A DNA stretch of 62,412 nucleotides, the filler included, from Choristocarpus tenellus KU-1152 (taxonomy: Eukaryota; Protista; Phaeophyceae), in NCBI GenBank assembly GCA_964200185.2. It is 12 parts of 12 records of this genome, joined end to end, with 100 filler letters (N's around TTAATTAATTAA, not from the genome) between each part and the next. Parts side by side here need not be neighbours in the genome. Positions count along the whole stretch, not along the records: positions 36,139 to 40,755 come from CAXNAD020013776.1; positions 40,856 to 46,050 come from CAXNAD020011546.1; positions 46,151 to 51,092 come from CAXNAD020012442.1; positions 51,193 to 54,508 come from CAXNAD020020852.1; 8 more parts are not named here. One strand, 5' to 3'. The position numbers were made by a program, and so were the translations under genes. This document shows positions 40,215 through 52,419 of the stretch, piece by piece. Numbering within the stretch: the first letter of the stretch is position 1; the number at the start of each line of letters is the position of its first letter. A model generated the notes under the pieces. It was not told the origin of the DNA. It searched no databases and saw only the letters and a list, made by a program, of their open reading frames with translations.

Positions 40215-40855
40215 CTGTTCAAAATTGTTTTGGCGAAGTTCAATGTATCAAGGGAGCATAATATCAAATGCATCATGAGGAAAAGGATAAATAGAAGCTA
40301 CAATTTATGTTTGACTTTGCTTTGCGTTCATGAAACTGTGAAATATATGCCCCACCAATACCCCAATGCCTTGCCAATACTGCAAGTCGATACAGTTCAA
40401 CAAAATGCCTTCAGTACAACCACCTTATGAGTGCTTTTTTGTGGGCAAGCACTGAAGGTGCACGCTCAAAAAGAAAAACAAATACAGGATATCATACTCC
40501 CTCTGTCTCAAAAGTCTGGGCCGTTAAGTTGTAGCTTTTCGAGGTGACCTCTGATTACAAAGTGGGCCTTTGCGTTGGATTCCTTGGAATATTTTACATA
40601 AAAGAACCGTATCTCGTGTTTATTCGAAACCGTCAACATACCAATCCAGGGTCGTCATGTAGGTCGCTCGGTCTACTTCGACTGATCTAGCCAACCTGCC
40701 TGCCCTCCTGCTGCCTTTTTTGGGTCCCTGTGTGCTCTACCTCGAAATTGCTCCCNNNNNNNNNNNNNNNNNNNNNNNNNNNNNNNNNNNNNNNNNNNNT
40801 TAATTAATTAANNNNNNNNNNNNNNNNNNNNNNNNNNNNNNNNNNNNNNNNNNNN

Positions 40856-43310
40856 GTGTGAGGCTTCACACCTTCTTATTTTCACTACTAACAAATGGCA
40901 TTACCTCCCAAGGTAATTTGTACAAAGGCGACATCCGTGATGGCCTAGAACCATTACTCATCGCCCAGCCCAGCCTTTACCAGTTGACTCCTTGCTGCCC
41001 CCATGGGTTGCTTTATCACCCTTTCCGCGATCCCATTGCTCTGTGGTATTCTCGGTGGGGATTTTCTCCATCTGGTACCGTTGTTCGCCAGCATCCTTTG
41101 AAACTTTATCGATGTCCCAAGCTTGCCAGCACCATCCCCACTGATACATTGGACTGGTATACCTTCCTTGACTATCTGGTCGAGATAGGCGGCGATCGCA
41201 TCCGTCGCTGCGTTTTGGTTTTCAATCCATAAACCCTCTTGTCGCGACTGCTCTCATCGACAAACACTGAAAATATTTGTGACCAGTGATGTCTTATTGA
41301 AAAGGTCCCGCCAAATCCGTGAGGACAACCTCGCCAGGCTGCTTGGGGATCCTGCCACCCCGTTTATACCTTGGAGCGTCTAATTTTCATTCCTTGCATG
41401 TCTTGCATCACAGTTCCGACGCCACAGTAGCCTCGGTGATCTCCAACAGTCCACTCTTTTCGAGATGCTTGATAGCAGATGGGTTGGTGTGTCCCAATAG
41501 GATGTGCCAGTCCTTCAATGTCAGCTTCTGCTTTTGGTTGGCTCGTGCTGCGCCGCCTCTCGATTCTCGTTCATCCTTGAGTATGGTTCTTGATTCATTT
41601 AAGAACCCCCAGACTTGTAAGTTTATCTTGGGCGAATTCTTGGAGGTGTTCAGATATAACTTTCTTTTGTTCCTAAATCCATAAATTCTCCTCCATTGTG
41701 TTGAATACTACCACTACTTGAAGTACTCAATACGTGGTATAGTAGATTGGTACCCATAGAACATCCTTCAGAACCACTCTTGTTGGTTTGCTGTTCTTGT
41801 CCGTCACCATTAGAAACATTCCCCAGCCTCCTTCGCGTCTAATTTCCCATTGTTAACGAGGGTTAGGGTTAGTGCTTACGAGGTCTTCACGATCAGGTGT
41901 AAGATGGATGTTTGCTCCGGAGTCACATAACATCTCGACTTACTTTCTTCCACTGGAGGAGTTGAGCACCAACCACACTTTTGTTAATCTCCTCGTCTGT
42001 TGTCACCTTGAAGGTGGAGAAGGAGCACGCTTGGTTCCTGTTGACTCTGTTGCTGCTCCCACCAGGTGGAGGTGGTGGAAATATTCTCACTGGCGCCATG
42101 CCAGGCAGGCGTTCTGCAGGTGGCTTTCCATCTAAGTATAAGTAGCACTTCTGCCATTGATGGTTCGTCTTCAAGGAGCACGCACATTGGTTTGGCTTGG
42201 GGCTGCTTCCAGCTGATCCCCTGGACTTCCCAGAATGGCCGTTCCTTACAGTGCCGTACGTGCATTGCCGATACCGCATCATGCCCATCTTGGCCTGAGT
42301 ACAGATAAGTTGTCGAAAAGATTATTGCCCGTTTGACCGCCTCATGTCCGATGTCAGGACACATTATTAATTGCACGAACACATGTGGCATGGCTTCCTT
42401 GATCCCAAGCAGTATAGATGCCCGTTTCATGTTTTCGGATTATTTTAGGCTTCTTGAGCTCCTCGAAGTCTGAAAATAACCGCTCGAGTTTAACGACAAA
42501 ATCGATGCTGTCCTGAGACGCTGTGCACCGGAGTTCTCGGAATCTCGCCTCCAATGTGATGAGCTTCACGGGGATCCTGTTCTCTACATGTCCGTCCTCT
42601 ATAGACTCTCTCTAACTCTATCCAGGCCTCTCTGCCGTCTGGCTAACCCTCGTTTTTGTATCGAGCAACGATTGCTGATGCTGACCCCTTTGTCGCTGGG
42701 ATAAGCAGGAACCCAACACCTTGTTGTTCTTCGTATACATGGCATGCGCCGTTCACACTGCCTCTCCTGAGATGGTGGTGGGTGTTTCAGGAATCTCGTA
42801 GTCCCTCGTCGTAGTCTCGTACAAAACCTCTCCACCAGCGTGGCCTATCAACAACAGTCTCCATCCAAGTGGACCAGATCTCCAATGACCTTCCTGTGGC
42901 CCCCATCCAGACAGTAAGTTTCTTCAGGTCAGTCTCCATACTGCTAAGGCTCATAACCTGCGCAATTTACCTTGGGAGGTATTGCTATTTATCAGCAGTG
43001 AAGAGAAGAAGGTGTGGAGCCTCACATGACCCTCTTTGCTGAACGTGAAAAGAATGGATGGATGAAATTAGAAGAGTGACCTTTGTGGGGTATCTTCTAT
43101 TTTTGTTTCTTATTAAATATTCGCGTCAGAACAGTTTGATTATAATATTGAACTCCATAGATAGTTCAGATGTACTATTTGTTAGTGACATCATTTGGAC
43201 TCAATTCAACACAATAATCTCACATACTCAAAATAAGGTACACCTCATTGTCCTATTTTACAAACAGCTGAATATTTAGAGATAGGGGCCAAGTGATATA
43301 CCAACTTCAA
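40856..43310 (-). mobile_element. Degenerate Ty1/Copia LTR retrotransposon, 5' half (outer LTR boundary approximate)
   Basis: LTR end CA (42959-42960) is followed by GGTTATGAGC (copia-type PBS). Then gag (LEARFRELRC...FVVKLERLFSDF; CCHC-like knuckles), protease DSGANIHL (~41900-41925), pre-integrase WHILLGH...CKE and DLAGPF, i.e. PR-IN order. Confidence 0.87.
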
Positions 43311-43995
43311 GCTGAAGTCTTAAGAGGCAAACCAATTGAGAAGTAGTCGAGTTTGGACCCTCTTGCAGTCTATGTCATCTTTCTTACCCTGTGCAGTATA
43401 CGCTCTATCTCACAGCTTTATGTGCACAATAGTGTACGAAAAAATTGGTAGTTCCTCTTTCCACACACAAAATGAAACCACACTTAGGCAAAGGCTCTTC
43501 CCGCTATTGCAGAATGGTGTATTATTGCCCTTCCTCAGGATGCTTAGAAGTGACCCTGCCTACCTCTCAATTGGTTTGGCTCATACGCTTTCACTCGATA
43601 ACATCATCAAAAGTTGTGGGTTGGGGTTACCATACATAGAATGAGGTAATTGAAAATAGAGCCCTTGCGAAACCCACCTTCCAGCCAAGGTATACATTTT
43701 AAGTGCCCTTCCTTGAGAAGATACATGCCAAGGTCTGTTGCCTCATATGATATCAGCATTATTTGCATCTTGAAGATATATTGGGTGGTTTGAGTGGAGG
43801 TTGCAAATCCTCCTCGGTTCACTTTTTCCTCTTCACTCCTTCCTTGAGTGACCTTCTGAGGAATTTGTTCTCCCTCCTTGTCTCTCTCCATTCCCTTCCA
43901 CATGAGGGTCTTCCCGCTTCCCTTCAGTCTGAAGAACTTGCTTCCGTCTGTTTCACAATAGTGACAACAGCAGGATGATGGATGGAACAAACTTT

Positions 43996-44250
43996 GAGTG
44001 AAAGTATCTTAGAGGCTACGGGGTTTTGCCCTGTTTGTCCGTTTGGGACTTGGCTTCCCGTTGATTTTTTTCTTACATTTTCCTACTATGTTTTGGAGTA
44101 GGTAAAATGTACACGTTATGAAATGGTGTGTCTGGAACAAGGATACTGACACTTCTTAAAAACACGATAGCCAAAATTACATTAAAACTGGAACATTGGA
44201 TTTTGGTCCCCAAATGGACGCGGTCCTACCCTCTAAAGATACTTTGACTC
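43996..44250. mobile_element. MITE family A copy
   Basis: gagtgaaagtatcttagagg ... agatactttgactc, TSD TTT/TTT. Confidence 0.87.
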
Positions 44251-44299
44251 TTTCGCAAAAAATAAACTCGAGCAAAAAAATGTCTAGAAAGCGAGATAA

Positions 44300-44677
44300 A
44301 ACCCCCTCTTGATTCTTACTCCCCACATCAATCACTATGATAGTACAACTACTAATATACTCCCTCCGTTCCTGCCTTGCCTTAGCGCGTGTTGGGTTTT
44401 GCACTCCACCCACTCATTGCTCCGACTTCTCCTTCAAACCTTGTCTTACATACATCCTTTACACCCACCTCGAAGTTTCCATATATTATTGGTCTTGATT
44501 CGGCGTTTTGGTGGTATAGCAACAACAGTATCCATTACAATAGGAGGTGTACGTACAATTTGTGGATTATGATAATCGAAACCAGATACCCGTGAAAAAA
44601 CGTCTGCTATTAAAGGGTTCGAACCCACGAGATTCACGCAGGTAACCATCACCACAAGCGCTGAACCTCACCTGCCC
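44300..44677 (-). mobile_element. Candidate tRNA-derived SINE (3' boundary uncertain)
   Basis: The minus strand starts GGGCAGGTGAGGTTCAGCG (A-box-like) and has the B box GGTTCGAACC about 50 nt later. No complete cloverleaf. Confidence 0.45.
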
Positions 44678-44929
44678 TTTGTTCGTATATTCAATTCTAT
44701 ACGATGTCCAGATCACCACGTTATTTCACGTTGTTACCAGTACCGGCTCTCTTCCTCGCTGTTAGGCTAGCATGTGCGCTCGTGCATGCTTCTTCCCAAT
44801 TTCGATCCCTCTCACCTATGTACCCTTGTAAAATCAAGTGATTCCTGTCTTACCTTACCAGCACCACCTCCTTCATCCCTGTCACGTACGTACTGTATAA
44901 AACGAGGTAATTACTTCCCTTACAAACCA

Positions 44930-45230
44930 ACCCTCGAGTGTTATTCCACTTCCTGTTGCCCCTCTTCCTCTGACCTGGTTGGCTGTGGTCATTTTCTCGA
45001 TGGCAAGTAGATCCTTGGAAATGGTCAGGTCAGAGGTGAACGCCTCAATTGTTACACTTGGCACTGCTGCGAAGAAGACGTTGAAGAAGATGAGGCAGAA
45101 GCACACTCTTGTCGAAGGCTCTGCCTAACCTGAAACCTGTCTGTATGAAATTATCAATCTAAGCGAACAAATGCCCGTATTTCATCATGGAATTGATGGA
45201 TGAATTGAGATCATCATCTCAGGTTAGGGA
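44930..45230 (-). pseudogene. RTE-like LINE reverse transcriptase remnant
   Basis: IHQFHDEIRAFVRLD ... FQVRQSLRQ ... FFNVFFAAV matches the LINE RT segment FHDGMRA.V...GLRQG...LFNIFFAAV. Frameshifted. Confidence 0.75.
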
Positions 45231-45530
45231 CCTTGCCAGCATTTTCATCAAGGAATTGGACCCGATCATAGCTACATGTAGCAAAGATGATGCTCCTATT
45301 AAAATGAGACAGTCAAGCACCTGATGGCAACAGTACGTAAGTTTCTCTCAAGATCGTTGTTGCGGATATGGAAGATCACTACCACGGCAAGGCCAATTCC
45401 GTGGTGGAGCAAGTGACACTCTTCCTAGATCCGCCCAAAATAATTGCAGCAGTATATAAGTGAATTGGGGAATGTTGTTGAGATACAGAGCTATGGGTGA
45501 GTTGGAGCTAGAAGAGGATCTGCTCAATGA

Positions 45531-45788
45531 GAGTTAATGCATCTTAGAGGGTACGAGTTCTGCCCTTTTTGTCCGTTTAGGGCTTGACTTCCTATGTATG
45601 TTTATAATATTTTACCTACTACGAGTTTTTTTGGAGTAGGAAAAATGTACACATTATGAAAAGGTGTGACCGGAACAAGGATTTTGACACTTCCTAACGA
45701 ACACGATGGGCAAAATTACGTTAAAATCGTAACATTGGATATTGGACCCCAAAGGGACGGCGCTCTACCCTCTAAGATACTTTGACTC
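45531..45788. mobile_element. MITE family A copy
   Basis: gagttaatgcatcttagagggta ... agatactttgactc, TSD TGA/TGA. Confidence 0.87.
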
Positions 45789-45872
45789 TGATTCACTTGA
45801 TATGAGCGGGGAAGAGGAGCAAGGTTCTGCGGTTATGCTGCGAGCTCTTACTATTTATGATACTCTACTCCA

Positions 45873-46030
45873 GACCCAAACTATCTGGGGGGGTGGGGGA
45901 GGTCTGCCCGAGGGTGTCCATTTTGGACCAAAATCGGGAAAAGTGCATTTGCATTATCCATCCGACGTATGGCAACCAAATCACCCAAAAATCGAGTGAA
46001 ACTATCTTAGAGGGTACGAATTTTTCCCTG
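45873..46030. mobile_element. MITE B (45873-45993) interrupted by a nested MITE A (45994 to the gap)
   Basis: The B body breaks at tcacccaaaaatc| and continues as the A terminus gagtgaaactatcttagagggtac. Confidence 0.8.
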
Positions 46031-48203
46031 TTTATCCATTTGTGGGGCTTNNNNNNNNNNNNNNNNNNNNNNNNNNNNNNNNNNNNNNNNNNNNTTAATT
46101 AATTAANNNNNNNNNNNNNNNNNNNNNNNNNNNNNNNNNNNNNNNNNNNNCCCCTCCTCCCAACCCCCCGTCCCAATCCTTTTCTTACTCCTCTTCGTCA
46201 TCCCCTTCATCCTCCTCTTCATCCTCCTCTTCTTCCTCCTCTGCGTCGCTGACCTACTCCAGCTCGCCTTCCGGCGCAGAATCACTGGCGCCCCTCCACA
46301 CCTTGCGACCTTTCCCCTTTCCACCCGTGCGGGAAGAGGGACACTTGCGCTTTCTAGTGGTGAATGGCGTCAAGTCCGAGTCTGAATCTCGCACTTCGAA
46401 CCCACGAGAACACACTACTGTAAGACCCGGGAGCACGTTGAATGGTGATCTCATGTCATTCTTTGCCCGGGGTTTGCACACCCTCCCGACTACGGGCGTG
46501 ACAAACATCTGGCCAGGGACAACTTGGGAGAAGGGGAGGAGGACCTTGTCACGGCTTCCGCTCTGCGGAACTTTTGATGTGAATTCAATGTTAGCGTCGT
46601 CTGCCTTCTTGGTCTAACGCATGTAGTAGAGAGGGCAAGTGGCTGCCACGCGCAAGTAGAGCTCTGCGCCCGGCCCACATACCTCTGTTCCAGGCAAAAG
46701 CATGCACTTGGGCGGGTTGTTGTTGGCTACATTAAGCAGCCGAATGCACTGTTCTTCTTGGTCATCAGGAGAGATCGAACGGAAGGCCTCTGATCACTTG
46801 GAGATCACCCCACGTAGGGAGGTCATTTCCGCCAACTTTGTAGTCTTTCCCGTCAAGCGGGAATAAGGCCATTTCGGCGGGATTCGAGGACGAGCTTGCA
46901 CGCGACTGAGCATTGCGGAAGACAAAAACGGCGGTCGGGTTGGGGGGGGTGGAGGGGTGTTGGCGGGGGGGGCTAGAGTTCGGTCATTCATGAATGGACG
47001 TGGCTTGGAGGTGCGCGACTGAAGGTGGTGCAAGAACGGCAACCTTATTGTGGCAAACGTTGAACACATGACGGATCCAACACTTATACGCAAGGCCTAT
47101 AGTCTTCTACGCGACGTATTTGGGTGCCGCATTAGATAGGTTCGGACTCGGGAAGAAAAAAAACGTGTCTACTGGGTGCCAAGAGCGTGACTCTGCCGTC
47201 CGTTCTTGACAAATATGTTTCGAAGTGCATTCTATGTCAGATTCACCTCGATCTGGTAGCCGAAGTCCATCGCCACCGTCTTCGCAACAAAAACGGTCTC
47301 CTCATCGCGTCCCATTGCCTTTCCCTGAGGATTGACGGCCTCAGCAAAACATTGCTGCGTCTCAATTGGGACGAGGGTCTGCCCCAAGGCTTCCGGCAGG
47401 CAGGAAGGTCCTATCACGCGTTCTTGAACTAGAGACGTGGATACCTGCAACATCATCTGCGTACATTTGACAGCCCAGCCATGTGGCATTGAAGTGTATA
47501 CCATGCGATAAGGTTACATCACGCACCTAGGGATTATTCCGGCGTTGGTTCAAGATCTTGAGGTGTACTGCAGCACATTTGTTTTTTCGTGTGGGGAAGG
47601 AGGAAATTACGACATAGAGACACTCACACACAAAGTCTTGGGATCTCGCGATTTCCGTTTGTGGTGTGGGTCACCGCATGCACCATGTTAGCAACGTGTA
47701 AACATGGACAAGGAAACATCACTACCACAACCGCACGCCCAACACCTATCCATGGCGAACGAAGACAGATAACGAGTTGGAAAGAAATGGAAAAAAAGCA
47801 ACACACCCTTATTACCTTCCACTTGCCGTCCTTGTAGGCTCGGCCGAAGGAAGTCTCCATCTTCTCTTTCACATCGTCCTTTGACGCCGCATTGGACACG
47901 AATACCTCCACCCTCGTGCTCCGTTCAAGGGCCGCCTCTCGTGCTCCGTTCAAGGGCCGCCTCCGTCACGTTGTGCCTCTCTGCGCTGAAGGAGACGACG
48001 GTGTGCCCAGGATTCGTTTACCTATCGTAGGAGGGCAGGTCGTAAATTATCCCGAGGAGTACATTGCATTGCACACGGATTCATCATATGGCAATGTACG
48101 AGAAACGTACTGATTCAGGGCAACACACTCTTGGTGCGGTTTGACGCGTAACGTACTGATTCAGGGAAACACACTCATGGTACGGTTTGACGCCCCTGAA
48201 CCG

Positions 48204-49349
48204 TCACCCATGATCTAAACCTATACAAAAAACGTCGTTGCTCCCATGAAGAAGGGCGTGTGTGACGTAATTAATGAACCTGTTAACGTGGAAGTGGAGG
48301 GCCCTCATGGGGATGTCCGTCGCATCACCTTGGTACTCGACATCACACATGGTTTGGAGCAACGGAGGAGATCGATCACTCCCGTGGCCAAAGATGTCGT
48401 CGACAGTGACTCGCTTGTTGCATGTGAACTCTGTCCCATCGTTGTGCGTGAGAAGAATCATGTCCTGGTGGCATCTGAGATGGTTATCAGTGCCTGCAAG
48501 AGGGCGCCCCCCCCCCTCGTCTTGTACATTACAAGCAGGGGATGATCTTCCACAACCAAGCCCACCTTCGACGCCATAAGAGCCCCTGAATGAAGAGAAG
48601 GCGGGAGTGAGCGCGTGGGTCTGGCATGCGTCAAACGTGACAGTGATAGCACACAAGTACGGTATCATTGAGCTTCATTAAATCGCATACCACTAACATG
48701 ATAATAGTATAACGAGGGCGGAACGGAAGCAAAATATTAAATGCAAAAATGCAAACAATAGGAAATTATCTAATAGAAGGAAAGACGGCAAAAAAAAAGT
48801 AGGGAAGACAAGTAACACCTGAATGCGATTCGCGGACAATCAAACAAAGAACTACGAAGGACCCGAGGGGGAAGAGCAAAAGACACAAAAGGAAATACAA
48901 GGTACGAAGAAGATGAAACTACTTGGGGAAAGCGAAAAAAAAAGACAAACGACAGAATCCGCATCTCTTGAACGGCCGCCACCGTTTCTGATCGACACAC
49001 GGGCGGACTGATAACGGCCATGGCCGATTGCAATAGTCTCCCGCAATACACCTCGTATTTCAGCGCTGGCGAACTCTGCAACTCACTGTGTAGGCGGTGT
49101 GATTGCTTGGCCCACGGGTGGGGCACAAATAGCGCAATGGTGCCCTGAGGATGTATCTTCATCTGCAAGCACTTCATCACCTGGCGCAAGTGGGTGTTGG
49201 TCGCCTCATCGTCGTTGAGGAGTCTTGGCTCGGCGGCGATGGACACTATGGCGAGCTTTGGCGCGTTGCGGAAGGCGAACTCTTTCAGGCCGTCTAAGGG
49301 TAGCATCAGGTCGAGAGGGCGAAGGTCGTGTAGTGCAGTGTTCTCAGCC
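48204..49349 (-). pseudogene. Decayed spliced coding region resembling an inactive beta-class N6/N4 DNA methyltransferase fold
   Basis: Motif-like blocks in beta-class order: TALHD, PKLAIVSIAAEP, MKIHPQGTIALFV, EDHPLLVMYK, VDDIF, RSPPLLQTM, RALHFH, HALLHG..VFCIGLD. Frameshift in the C-run near 48510. Pattern recognition only. Confidence 0.45.
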
Positions 49350-49899
49350 CTGGTTGGACATTATGACACATGACACAGTACACAGACAGCACGACAAAAA
49401 GGACAGCATCGTCAACAACGGTGCAGGCAATTGTATCAATAAGTGAGGACCTGATAATGTTTCCCCGGCATCCCCAAAGTGTTAAGCCGTACCCTCCACA
49501 ATGCCAGACCCATCAGATACATCTCGTGGAAGGAGGGGAGACGTCAAAGAGGTAAGTTCCATGGCCCATGGAAACCTCGAAAAAAACGCCATACCGAACA
49601 CACAAAGGACGAGCAATCCACATGATGTACAACCAGCCAAGACCCACGTGCAAACCAACGCGAAACCGAACACGCAGAGACGACTTGTATGTCCGTATAA
49701 TGTGCAATCACGCCGAGACCTACATGCACTTCTCCATGTCCGCCGTTTCGCTGCGTGAGGGGGGACGTAAAAGACTTTGCCTGCTGGGTGACCCGCCCGC
49801 ACTCCTTGCGTTACGTTTACCCTTACCCTTGCCCCTGCCCCGACCCGCCGCTGCGTTCCCCATCGGTCCAGTCCCTTCTCTCCCCTCCTGTGCCACGGG

Positions 49900-50043
49900 G
49901 CAATTGATACACAATCGATCCTTGTGCCTCTCGTCGCCCACAATCTCCACGTTGGTACATTCGCCCATGTGCGTGATGGAGCACTTTGGGCAGGAATACC
50001 TGCCGCGCGTGGCATCGAACGAGAGTGTCAAACAGACAGAACA
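49900..50043 (-). pseudogene. PHD-like zinc finger within the same decayed unit
   Basis: C-x2-C-x13-C-x2-C-x3-H-x3-C-x15-C-x2-C (C4HC3 order, slightly atypical spacing), followed by the basic linker GRGRGKGKGKR. Confidence 0.55.
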
Positions 50044-51224
50044 GCATTTTTCCAAATCATTAATTGGGCGCAACAACGCAACACAGGGATCCACGGCTAC
50101 GAAGGACCACGAAATTGGTGGCACAAAACAATACGAAGTACGGGTGAGATACAACAGTCGGTTGCGACATGCACTAACACACTCGGGTTGTGGCAAACAA
50201 AGAGACCTGGGTGTAGCGACCGCAGCACCACACACAGAGGGACCCTGCGAGATCCTCCGGTGTGGTGGCGTGCATTGCTAAAGCAAGACAACTTAGTTAA
50301 CCGTTCAGGCGATTGGATGAAAACCAATCTTACGCCATAAAGTACCCGCCATCCATGTGTGCACCATTACAACTACATTACTCACCGAGCCGTAGGTGGA
50401 GGATTGCATTCAGTGCAGCAAACGCCCGCATTTCACCCTCCATGGCCGTTTTGTTCTTCTTCCGCACCAGGAACGCTGTTGATAGAATTCCCCTCGCCCG
50501 TATCCTCCCTGCCTGGCAGTCCGTCCCCTCCCTCGTCTTCGTCCCTTCCTTTGTGTTCGCACCCTCCCTCGTCTTCTTTCTCACCGCCATCTGATGCCAA
50601 TCCGTTGTTGCTCTCGACGTCTGCGCCACCGCTATCACCGCCCCGCCCGCTTTGAACCTGATGGAGGTTGACCTGGTTGAGGACATCCTGGTATTTCCCA
50701 TCCCAGGTGGTGAGGTAAGCGCGTAGCGTTGAGTCCTTCTCGAGAATCTGGTGGTCGACACGGCGGAGAACGTTGTTGAGGAGAGGAGGGGACGACAGTC
50801 ACGTAAAAAATGGGAGAGTGTAATGAAAGGACGATAGCATGTCAATCGAACAGATCAAACAATATGGTTGACGTGGTGAACGTGTCTAATGGAGGCGGCT
50901 TGCAGGGTGAAATAGTTTGAAAGAATTCATTGTCGAGGACGCCAGCCTGTCTGTAGGTTACGACAGTGACACGTGTTGGAGGCGGGAACGAGGTACAGAT
51001 TGACCAAGATCTTGCCTGGTGTTGAAGGCAACCATTGGCTATTTCCGCTATTAGCAATGAAAGCCAAGATCTAACAAAACAGCATCGTTGTTNNNNNNNN
51101 NNNNNNNNNNNNNNNNNNNNNNNNNNNNNNNNNNNNTTAATTAATTAANNNNNNNNNNNNNNNNNNNNNNNNNNNNNNNNNNNNNNNNNNNNGTAATTTA
51201 TAGTTTTGTATTGATAGTTGGGTT

Positions 51225-51417
51225 TGTGTTGGTCTGTGGCGCGGCGGGGGGGTGCGGCACGCGTCTACACCAGGGTGTCCATTTGGAAACTGACCAGGAG
51301 AAGTGCATGTACATTATCCAACCAATGCATGCAACCAATTCACCCAAAAAAATCGCAATATGGAAAAATGAACCCCAAATGGACAGCTGCCACTCCCCCC
51401 CCCAGATAATTTGAGCC
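51225..51417. mobile_element. MITE family B copy (left end degenerate)
   Basis: gtctacaccagggtgtccatttgg ... ccaaatggac ... agataatttgagcc. Confidence 0.8.
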
Positions 51418-52419
51418 AATAATCAAAAGAATATTTCGTAAAAAATAATACCCTCGGGACAAAAGATAGCTTGCCTTTCAATAACAAGGGCTGAAGCATA
51501 ATACCCCAATAATCATTCATGCACCAAGCCCATGTTGCCTTACCATTCAAATGTTGCTCCCGCACATTCTGCTACTCTGTATTATGGGGATATAACTTTG
51601 GCACATGATTAGATACAAGGAATCTTCTAGGCCAAGTGGGTTCTCCCTTCTTGTCTGACCTTATTGTCAAATCAAAGTGAATCGCATTTTTTCTGTCCAC
51701 CATCTTTCTTGATCTGCAGTCTTTGTATCATCAACAAGATGCATGTTAGGTAGATGCACAAAAAAAACAAGGCTGGAAGTGAATGAATGGCAAAGAAAAG
51801 CTGTTACTGGGAAGAAACACTTGTATGCAGGCAAATCAAAGGATAACACCACCGTAAAGACCTCATGTTTTCACCTGTTGCAAGGGGTTGTTGAACAAGG
51901 CTTCTAAGCCCATGTGATCATCATACCTTCGGTGCACAGCCAGTTGTGCAGGCTGAAACTTATTTCAAGTGATAGGTGTGTCCAGTTGATTCTTGCACCC
52001 CTGAGCAAATAAGAAGCCTCCCAAAGTCGTTTGTTAGCCTTGGGAACAAAAAAGCACTTGAGACCACCTACTTGCACAAGGTGACAAATAAAACTGTGCA
52101 GACAAGAGTTAACTAGGTAGTACTCATTTTATCTACAACCAAGGCGTCACAACTACCACACAATTACTGGTTGACAAAACAATAAATTTATCTCAACGGC
52201 ACCTTAAATGTTCGCCTTCAGTGCTTCAGTACTTCATGCACTTAGGATCACCTCCGGCTTCCAGGAGCAGCAGAGGGGTGACACAAGAAAGTCCTACTCT
52301 AAGGTCACCAGATCTGAGTCCACAATGCATACTGTGAGACTCTTCCAATTACCACAAGGACTCTTTTGAAGTCCACATCCACTCATGTCCAGTCCATGGC
52401 AACTCAGTAGGGATTGACA

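Noticed and set aside
44612-44677. Functional tRNA gene
   Set aside because: Only the T-loop/B box is good; acceptor and anticodon stems could not be formed convincingly.
49482-50340. Overlapping long + strand ORFs (e.g. 237 aa at 49568-50281) as genes
   Set aside because: They are antisense shadows of GC-rich sequence; the motifs and splice signals are on the - strand.
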